Assembly: GCA_043228905.1 (NCBI GenBank)
Contig: JBHGNT010000012.1
Location: 21,080,001-21,144,000 of the forward strand
Source: Azolla caroliniana
Lineage: Eukaryota > Plantae > Polypodiophyta
Direction of reading: 5' to 3'
Length of the DNA stretch: 64,000 nucleotides
Below the pieces are notes generated by a model, which saw only the letters and a list, made by a program, of their open reading frames with translations, had not been told where the DNA came from and did no database searches. The translations under genes were made by a program, and so were the position numbers. The stretch's first letter is position 1. Each line of letters starts with the position of its first letter. Below, in pieces: positions 22,301-31,493 of the stretch.

Positions 22301-23291
22301 CCATGATAGCTAACTAGCTAGCAGTACAGCTAATTATCTGGTAGTACCTAAATTTGCTATTGAGAATAGCTAATTAGCTATCATGGTAGTAACTATTGAG
22401 AGTAGCTAGTTACCTATGTAGTAGCGATCCTAGTAGCTAACTGAGGTAAATGTAACTGATAAGCTAATTAGCTTTTCTGCTAACTGAGCTAATTAACTTT
22501 CCGAGTAGAGTCAAAACAAATGTTGAGATAAATGTAAATACCTGAGGTACATCAAGAAGATGAATGGGATGCTCCTCGTATTGATTTCTTCCAACACGTT
22601 TCCTACATAAATCCTTTTTATTGGGTGAAACCCTACTCTCATTAGTCCAAAACATTGTGATTACATCCTTGATTTCAAATGTTATGGGTGTCATTGGCTT
22701 ACATCTTGTAGTTAGCTTTAGTAGACTAGTTCCTTCACCCGAGGAAATTATACGGTTCATTGTATTGTACACTGTTTTTCTACTAACACCAATTACCTTA
22801 GATAGCTCACTGATGTTTATATCGTCAACATCACTATTAAGTAACATCATTAGACTAGACCTTTTTAAGACAAGATCATCTTCTGACCTGCTCATGGATA
22901 CGAAACTATTACGAAGATTATTTACTAAAATAGATGATATGTTTGCATTAAGACCATCACAATCAACTAAGTCCTTTATCGATGGATCATTACATATTCC
23001 ATAAAGTACTACCTTCTTTTCTTCATTGCTGATGTGGTTGGTTTGAACATTGAAATAGTCTACAACCTTTCTCTCTATGATGGTAGTCGCATTACTTACA
23101 TTCTCAGCTAAACTATCCTTACCTTTACTGAGTGTGGCTTTCGTATCCTTCAACAATTGACGATGTTTCCTTTTTTTTTCTGCCCAATAGTTTCGTATGG
23201 CTTGTTGTGTCCTGATAACATCATCCCTATCCTTATGATCATTGAGGGGTAATTCTAAACACCCTTCTTCCCCTTCCATTTGGCTAGACAT
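19284..23291 (-). CDS. Sola2-type DDD transposase, 2 exons (23291-22542, 21125-19284), about 863 aa, apparently intact
   Basis: Phase-0 GT..AG intron 22541-21126 joins ..LLDVPQ to VDLFIRFKRMHP.. in frame. Motifs: TCCCIYH, VVDFAENY..QNEIQSMHW, ISDDKKHD, WSDGAASQFK, HGKGEHDGAGAVIKR, CFCFHC. Confidence 0.85.
21159..22490. repeat. Second TAGCTAATTAGCTA array (strict 20-bp period over most of its length) filling the transposase intron
   Basis: Units such as TAATTAGCTATCATGGTAGC and TAATTAGCTGTCCTAGTAGC, inside intron 21126-22541. Confidence 0.95.
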
Positions 23292-23626
23292 GTTAAAACC
23301 CTAAATTTCCAGAAAAAAAAACAAGTATTAAAGATGGCTATGGGCAACAACAATACACAAAAATATTCCACACAATACACAAGATTAGACACAACAATAC
23401 ACAAGATAATCAATAGACAGAAAAGTTATTGCAATCCAAGACCGAACAGTAGAGGATTTCACTCTGTTGGATCCAACAGTTGAGGAGGCGATCCAAGACC
23501 GACCAATGGCAACAACTGAGTGTAGAATGTTGTCGTTGGATGAGTGAACTCCGTCAAATCGAAATGTGGAAGCAATCCGGGACTGGACAGTAGTGGCAAC
23601 TGAGTATAGAATGATGGCAATGGAGG

Positions 23627-24361
23627 AGAGAATCCCGTCAGATTGAACAGTTACCGATGATGCTTGAAACGCACATAGAAGGCACTTGAGAATAGAGTGG
23701 CATAGAGAAGAGAACCCCGTCAGATTGAACAGTTACCAATGATGCTTGAAACGCACAATAGCGGCCCCTGAGTGAGAGTGGAAAAGAGAAGAGAACCCCG
23801 TCAGATTGAACAGTTACCAATGATGCTTGAAACGCACAGTAGCGGCCCCTAAGTGAGAGTGGAAAAGAGAAGAGAACCCCGTCAGATTGAATAGCTCTTT
23901 GATTATGCTTGGAACGCACAGTAGCAACCCCTGAGTGTAGAGTGGCAAAGAGAAGAGAACCCCGTCAGATTGAACAGCTCTTTGATGATGCTTGGAACGC
24001 ACAGCAGCGGCCCCTGAGTGTAGAGTGGCACAGAGAAGAGAACCCCCTCAGATTGAACAGCTCTTTGATGATGCTTGGAACGCACAGTAATGGCCCCTGA
24101 GTGTAGAGTGGCACAGAGAAGAGAACCTCCTCAGATTGAACAGCTCTTTGATGATGCTTGGAACGCACAGTAATGGCCCCTGAGTGTAGAGTGGCACAGA
24201 GAAGAGAACCCCGTCAGATTGAACAGCTCTTTGATGATGCTTGGAATGCACAGTAGTGGCCCCTGAGTGTAGAGTGTCACAGAGAAGAGAACCCCGTCAG
24301 ATTGAGCAGCTCTTTGATGATGCTTGGAACGCACAGTAGCGGCCCCTCATTGTAGAGTGGC
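23627..24361. repeat. 81-83-bp minisatellite, 9 copies, upstream of the transposase start
   Basis: CAGATTGA recurs at 23639, 23721, 23802, 23883, 23966, 24049, 24132, 24215 and 24298. Confidence 0.92.
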
Positions 24362-24714
24362 GGCAGGTGGACTCGATAGGGTTTAGCAACAGTGGTAGCA
24401 ACTAACCCACAGTACTCAACTAGAGATGGCCTACGTGATGTGGCAAAGGATCATGCATAATGGACCTAGGAATTCGATATATAATTTATGGTACACATTT
24501 ATGGTGCACACATCAATTTATGTTGCACATTTATGGCACTCATTTACATATGTAATTAAAACACTCTAGTATTTTCAATGGTAGTTTTTTGCATACTTAA
24601 TTTATTAATGATGGCTTTTTACTAAAATGACTATTTATCAATGGTAGCTTTTTGCATAGCTAATTAGCTATGTCAAGGACATAGCTAATTGTTTCCACTC
24701 GCATGCTTTCACCC

Positions 24715-25135
24715 ATGGACCAAAATACCGCTGCAGCGCCTCTGTAGGAGGTATTTCGAAATATCTTTCGCCTAGTGAGGATAGGTCTAACTTCTTCCGA
24801 ATGGAAGAGTTGGTGACCGTGTCGATGTTAAGCCGCCTGGCGATGTCCATGGCGTCCGGGTGCGGAGGTGCTTCTGCGACCCTAATGTAACCATCCAGGC
24901 GCTTCTCCACGAGCCATCGGCGTAGGGCAGTAGAGATGAAGATCGGCATCGCCAGAGTAGGTTTGTGGAGAGGAGACGGGTAGCAGTGGTGAGTTGGAGC
25001 TTTGAGATGTGATGGGGAAGAAGGTGAGGAGGAGCGATGGGCGCGCTGATAGCTAGACGTTGTGTTTCTGCTTTGTGCAGAAAACCTTCTATTTCCTTCT
25101 TTTTGTGGCTTAGGGTTCATTGGGCGGTGAGCCAT
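24715..25135 (-). pseudogene. 5' part of element B extra ORF
   Basis: In-frame junction with 7476 and downward across the ATGG TSD. Confidence 0.75.
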
Positions 25136-25289
25136 CGTGGTGCCGCGTGTTCTTGAACTAGGAGTTTGTGCATGCCTTTACTCGTTTTAATAGTCGCTAT
25201 CTTCTCTTTTTCTTTTCTTTTTTTTCTTTTTTTCATAACGATTAGTTACCCTCTATTTTTACATTAAAGTACAATTGGGTCTGTCCCTT

Positions 25290-28200
25290 TTACGCTGTGG
25301 GTTCTCCGGCTTTGTCCCGTTCGACGGTGAATGGGTTAGGTGGCGTAGGGCCCAGGTAAGGTTTGACCCGAAACCCATTCACTTTTTGCCGTACTATTTC
25401 TCCAGCCAGTGTTCCCAGTTGGAACGTGCCCTGTTCCGCTCCAATTATCCAATATGGGCCGGTCCAACGGAAACGTAGCTTACCCGGCATCTGGCCCATG
25501 CGCGTTTGCAAAACTAGCACCGCTCGGCCTACGGTGAACTCCTTTTCCCTTGCGCTCCGATGTCGATCGACAAATGCTTTACGCCATCGCTGTTCTTCTT
25601 CCAACACAGCCATGTTGTGGAAGCATTTCTCCCCTAGTTCGAGGAGTTGGTAGAGTCGTTCCTCCTCTGACTTGGCTTCTGATAATCGGTTCCGTACCTG
25701 AATGCGCAAACTAGGTACCCGAAATTCGACCGGCATCACAACTTCTAGTCCAAACGCTAGCCGGAATGGTGTTGACTGTATGCTTGTTTTGTAACTAGTT
25801 CTGTACGCCCATAACGCACTCTGGAGTTTGGTATCCCAGTCTGTTCTATTTTCATTGACGGTTTTCTTCAAAATGGTCTGTAAAGTTTTGTTCGTGGATT
25901 CGGCTAATCCATTCGCATGTGGGTAGTATGGCGTGCTTTTCTTGTGGACGACTGCGTAATGTTGTGTTACTTCCCGAACCACCGTATTGAGGAAGTGGCT
26001 CCCTTGGTCATTGATGAGCTCAATCGGGCAGCCGAACTGGCACCAGATGTGCTTGTACAGAAATTTGGCTGTGACGGCCGCCGTATTTTCCCGTAGTGCC
26101 TTTGCTTCTACCCATTTGGTACAGTAATCCATGGCTACCAATATGTATTTGTTGCCTGTACGGGCTGCTGCTGGTGTGAAGGGCCCCACAAAATCCAATC
26201 CCCACTTTTGGAAGGGGTCCAGCGGTAATACGGGCTGGTGTGGCATCCTTGCGTCCTCCACGGGCTGACCCATCCACTGGCACAAATCACACTTTCTACA
26301 ATACTCGGATGCGTCCTTCTGCGTTGTTGGCCACCATAAGCCCGCCTGCCAGACTTTGCGGGCTGTCACGTTGCCCGCGTAATGGCCGCCGGCCATGCCG
26401 CAGTGTGCCTCCCGTAAAACTGCTTCTTTTTCATCCTGACGGACTCCACGTCGCCAAATGCCGTCACTTACTTTGTGATATAAATACCCTTCGACCAGGC
26501 AGAAGTGACGGCTTCGGACGGCTAGCCGTTTCTTATCGTCTATGCGTAATTGTGGTGGAGGTAGTCCTGTAGTCAAAAAGTACGTCATTTCCATAAGCCA
26601 TCAATTCAGAAAGGTGGCTTCCGTTTTTTCTGCAAATGTCGCTACTCGCCAGATGTCGGCGTCCGGAAAATCGTCGTCGTCTTTTTGTACTGTTTCTCCA
26701 TTCTCAGGTCTACTAAAAAAATCCACCACTACGTGTTGCATCCCTGGCCGGTGCTGAATTACGAACTCGAATTCCTGGAGCAGCAGCATCCACCGCGCCA
26801 ATTTCCCTGTCAGGGCTTGTTTCTCCACCAAATACAATAATGCCGAATGATCCATGTGGAACGCGAATTTCCGTCCTAGTAAATAATGTCGGAATTTATT
26901 GATGCTATAGATCATCCCTAGCGCCTCCCGCTCTGTTGTGGAATAGTTCTGCTCTGCTGTTGATAATTTATGACTTGCGTAGTATACTGGCCTGTACCAG
27001 TTTGGTTCAGTGAGTTGCATTAGCGCGCTTCCTATTGCTATGTTCGAGGCGTCGACGAACACGTGGAATGGGTTCGCCCAAACTGGAGGTTGTACTACAA
27101 GCGCCTGTGTGAGCATTATCTTAAGTGCCTCATAGGCCTTATCCTCTGTTGCAGTTCATTGGAAAGGAGTCTGATGTACGGCAGCGTGTAGTGGCGTGGC
27201 GAAGTCCGCCAAATACCGTATCATCCAACTGTGCCACCGTATTTGGCCTAGAAACCGGCTAAGTGCTTTGGCATTTGTCGGAGTTTTAGCTTGCGTAATA
27301 GCGAAGATCTTGTTTGGGTCGATCGCTATTCCTTCCTTGCTGACTATGTGGCCTAGGAGAGTCCCGCTGGTCACGCCGAAGGCACATTTCACGGGATTCA
27401 GGCTTAAGCGTGCGGTGCTGCAACATTCCAGGCAGAGACGTAAGTGTGAGAAATGGTCTTTTGTTCGCCCATATACCGCAAAATCATCTAAAAAGACTTG
27501 CATGAACGTCGGAATGTATTCCCCAAAGATCTCCGTAATCGTTCGTTGGAATGTTACCGGTGCTGTCTTTAGCCCGAACATCATGACGACCGCCACATAT
27601 ACTCCCCAGTCCGTGACAAATGTCGTCTTCTCCTGGTCGTTGGGGTGCATGCGTACTTGTTTATAGCCACTAAAGCCATCTAAGAAATTGTACATGTCAT
27701 GGCCTGCGACGGCGTCCAGCACGCTATCGGTGAAGGGTAAGGGAAATGCATCCGTAATGGTTATGGCGTTTAATTTCCGGTAATCCACGCATACCCGTAT
27801 TTTGCCGTTTTTCTTTGGGACAACCACTATCGAGCTAAGCCATGTCGCTTGTTTTATTGGCCGTATGAACCCAGCCCTCAGCAGCTTGTCAATTTCTTCT
27901 TTCACGCGGGTCGCGTAATTGGGGTTCATGCGGTAGCGACACTGCTGGACAGGTTTCGCATCCGTTGCTAAATTGATCTTATGCTGATAGAACTTGGGAT
28001 CTAACCCTTTCATGTCCTCATGAGCCCACGCAAACACATCTTTATATTCCGTGAGTAGTGCGATCATTGTGGTTCTCTGGTCCGGCCTCAATTCCTTTGC
28101 TATGGAGAGGAACCGGGGTTCCGATCCCGTACCCACATTTACTTTGTCGAGAGCGGAAGTGGTGACCCATCGTGAAATCTCCATTTCCCTTTCGAAGGCC

Positions 28201-30682
28201 GCCCGTGCTCTGCTGAGTTCCAATATGGACTCTAGGTTTGGTTCGTGCGGCTCTTCGCTCGGAACAATGGCCGTAGTATATTCTGTCGCAGTTGCGATGA
28301 CATCTATCTCGAACAGTGGAATAATCCGAGGATGTTCGTCAAGGTACGCTTCCAATTCGGCATCCTCCACCCCAGCCAGCATATTGATGTCTTCCGCATA
28401 CAACGGTGTTATCCCCTTAGGTTGGGGCGTGTTGCCTTCCGTAGGAACACGAACCTTGATGCGTCCCTGCCGGAAACTGATACACTCGTGTTGCCAGCTC
28501 TGCTTGATATTTGTTGTCCGAAGCCATGGTCTGCCCAGAAGCACTGGGTACGCTCCTGGCGCGTCCAAAGCGAGGACGACCTCCGATATGTCGAAGTGGT
28601 GTCCGCCCACGATGATGCCTATTTTGCGAATTAGCCCCAACGATCGCACTGATCGGGTATCTGCCATGCGAAGCCAGAATGGACACACCTCCCATTCGGA
28701 AATGCCCAACTGTTCGCAAGTTTTCGCGCTAATCACATTGACGCCTGAGCTGCTGTTGATTACACATCTAGGGACTTCATGTAAGTGCAATATTACTGTA
28801 ATGGCCAAGTTGTGTTGATCCACCACTGGTGGTCCCTCGTTGACGTCAGTCAGGTTTGTGGCAACGCTCGGCCCGGTCATGCCCGCCACCTGTGCTTCCA
28901 TGGTCTAGCGGAAACGTGGAACTAGCTGTAGCAGTTTTTCCATAGTTAACGTGATTTCACAGCCTGCTAACACCTGCCAAATGGGGTCCGGCCCCGGTTT
29001 TTCGTTCTCTGTCCACTTCATTGCGTTCGCGGACTCCTGCCTCATACGTTCCGTGTTGGTCGCGTTTGCTTTTTCCACCCAGGCTTGGGCTTGTCGTCGT
29101 ACCTCGTCCTGCGCAGCCCAATCCGTCGTTTTTGTTTGCTGGCGTATCGTGACTTGTTGCACCTCCGCCGTAATCGTGTTGACGGCGGGCCCCTTTCCCT
29201 TGCGTGTTGGGCATTGTATGGCATAATGTCCGGGTTGCTAACAAATAAAACAATGGATGCTTGATTCTCCCTTCTCAACCCTAGGTGGAGTGTGCCGTTC
29301 TCCAGGCACCACTTGCTCTTCGCAGTCCGGCCTCGTTTGTCGAGACGTACGCGGTGGCTGCTGTTGATCCCGTCGTTGTTCCTGGTGCCTCTCATCCCCC
29401 GAGCTTTCGTTGTAACGCCGGTGATCCCGATATTGTCGAGGCTTACCCCGATAGCCATTGAAGCCACCCCGTTTGTTTATCGGGCGTTGATATTCGAATC
29501 GCGGACCCCCTTTGGCGTAACTCAGATGTCCACGATAATCCTCGTCCTCCGGGTCCTCCTCCTCGGACTCGTTGTGATTCCGGCGATTCCGGTTGTACCT
29601 GTCCTTCCGCGGGTTGCGATCCTTATACCGGGGTCGGTCTTCTTGCCTCCTTTGTTCCGCCCGATGTGGTTGCCGCTGTGTGTCCATGCTGCGGACTGCG
29701 GGCGTGGCTCTGTTTAACATATTGTACTCGCATTGGTCGACTGTGTGAACCTTCGAGTGGCAGATTGGGCAGTGGATTCGCATATTGCACTCCACCGCGG
29801 AATGCCCCGGGTTCAAGCAAATCGTGCACTGGATTGCCTGACGAAATTGGTGTTCCTCATCCTGAGGTAACGCTTGTCGTAAGGATGACATCGAAAACCT
29901 CTCCTCCTCGTCATCCAATTCGAGTTGTAACGCTCGTTCAATCACCATATCCGTCGTTTCCCCTTTCACGCTATTGTTGTTGAGCGTTGCCCGGATGGGC
30001 CGGCGTAACGCTGCCAGAAATGTCTCCCGAGCCTCCTCCTCCGCAGGGCTTCAATCCAGTTTCCATCGTAAATTTTGGAACCGTAAGCTGAAGTCTGCTA
30101 TCGTCTCGGTCGGTAGTTTCTTAATTGTGTAAAACTGCCTGAGAATCTTGTGTTGTGGAACCCTCCGGTGGAAAAAACGCAAGAAGGCGGACTGCAGCTG
30201 ATCGAAGGTTGTTATGGCTGGTAAATCCATCTCTGAATGCCAGAACGCCGCATGCCCATCTAATGTTAATCCGAACTCCGTCATTTTCGACTGGTGTGCC
30301 ACTGTCTCGGAAAGGTTCTGTGCCATGTGGTTCGCATTCCAAACGTTCAAGAACATGCGAATATGAGTTGCGGCGTCGGTTTTGCCGTTAAAGCGGGGGT
30401 AGGCAAAGGCCATCGTGGGAGCTACGGCGGATCGGAAAAGGTCAAGCGTGGTCCCCTCGCCTCGTCGAGGTATTTGGGGAGCAAGGAATCCCCTTTGCAC
30501 TCCTGGCAAGTATTACTGGGGTCGTCGATGCGCGGCTTTTGCCGGGCGCGTTCTTCTGCCTGGCGTGTGATGGACCTTGTTATTGGTCGGTCTTGTCTTG
30601 TTGGTTCTCTGGGTCTTCTACGGCTAAACATCCATTCGTTGTTGCTCGTCTGTGAGGAAACACAGATCACCAAGCGTGCCAA
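25290..30682 (-). pseudogene. gag-pol of element B with stops and frameshifts
   Basis: Gag with zinc knuckles (CTICLNPGHSAVEC, CPICHSKVHTVDQC); protease motif degraded (VINSSSGVN); RT (LDGFSGY, FLDD); RNase H (VDASNIAIG); integrase (GGHYA, WGLDF, YYPHANGLAE, GPY). Confidence 0.9.
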
Positions 30683-30685
30683 AAG

Positions 30686-31109
30686 TGTTGCCTCTTAGGA
30701 ACACGGTATGTGGTCAGACTGTCGACCTAGACCCCAAGGTGAGTGGGAACAACAAACAGAGCTTAAGCGTACTGCGTAAGAAGAGAACCGTTGTGGTTCC
30801 TCCGTGTGTAAGAGGAGACGGCTACAACCGACTCCTTATCACAGGTTGCGCTTACGTATCCGAGACACAGACACTGAATTAGTCGTAGCTATACACAGAA
30901 ACTCAGAGAAGATAGTATTCTATTATCAGGCGTTCTTTTACAATTCTCAAAATTTACACGCACCTCCTTAAGAGGTTTTCTGCCCTTTATATATGCAGGG
31001 TCTAATTAGCCGTTCACGCGGGGAAGCGTGAACCGTTACATATGTTACGCTTTATATAGTTTCTTATTCCTACGCTTTTGGCCGTCGGTTACTATTCCGG
31101 CGGACAACA
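30686..31109 (-). repeat. 5' LTR of element B (424 bp)
   Basis: Followed on the minus strand by a 4-nt spacer and a PBS, then gag. Confidence 0.92.
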
Positions 31110-31114
31110 AAAAG

Positions 31115-31493
31115 AAATGTAACGGTTCACGCGGGAAGTGTGAATGGCTGAACGCCCTGTGTATATAAAGGGCAAAAATCCTCTGTAAGAGGTAGCGTGT
31201 AATTTTGGAGTCTGAGGTTTTTCTTTTCTAATAGTATCTTATCTTCTCTGATTTTTTGTGTCTGGGATACCCGTGTTGTCTTGTGTAATCTCTGTACTAT
31301 TCGTAAGTACGTCTCTGTAAGCATAGGGCACGAGTAGCATAGTAGCGCACTCAAGTTCTCGGTCGTAGCCGTGAACCTTCACCCATAGATACGCATTGTT
31401 ATGCAACCAACGGAGTACGGCATACCTTGCCACGCAATCACCTTGAGGTCTATCTCGAAGGACTAAGATAGACAATGTTTCGTATCGGTAACA
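31115..31493 (+). repeat. Remainder of element A 3' LTR, split by insertion of element B
   Basis: Collinear with the sense strand of element B's LTR (ATGTAACGGTTCACGC..TATATAAAGGGCAAAAA..CACCTTG..GTCTA..), ending GGTAACA at 31493. Confidence 0.8.

Larger units (their letters stand above)
7481..24714 (-). mobile_element. Giant Sola2-type DNA transposon (17,234 bp; 11,903 bp without nested Copia) with accessory genes
   Basis: 25-bp TIRs with one mismatch: GGGTAAAAGCATGCGAGTGGAAACA (7481-7505) and TGTTTCCACTCGCATGCTTTCACCC (24690-24714). 4-bp TSD ATGG at 7477-7480 and 24715-24718. GRG..CYC termini, 4-bp TSD and transposase motifs fit Sola2. Confidence 0.88.
4466..31109 (-). mobile_element. Full-length non-chromovirus Ty3/Gypsy element B (Athila/Selgy-like; no extra aRH seen), interrupted by the Sola2 element
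   Basis: LTR pair 4466-4905 and 30686-31109 (TG..CA; about 18 substitutions plus 15-bp and 1-bp indels by eye). TSD AAAAG at 4461-4465 and 31110-31114. PBS TGGCACGCTTGGTG (minus strand 30681-30668). gag-PR-RT-RH-INT on the minus strand. Confidence 0.92.

Noticed and set aside
23627-24361. CRISPR-like array
   Set aside because: Whole units are repeated with no unique spacers, there are no cas genes, and the context is eukaryotic. It is a minisatellite.
7481-24714. CACTA, hAT, MULE or Helitron classification
   Set aside because: The TSD is 4 bp and the termini are GGG..CCC. Transposase motifs do not match those superfamilies.
30681-30685. AAAAG as part of element B's LTR (present before both LTR copies)
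   Set aside because: TG..CA termini begin at 4466 and 30686, and AAAAG recurs at 31110-31114 as the TSD. The internal match appears coincidental.
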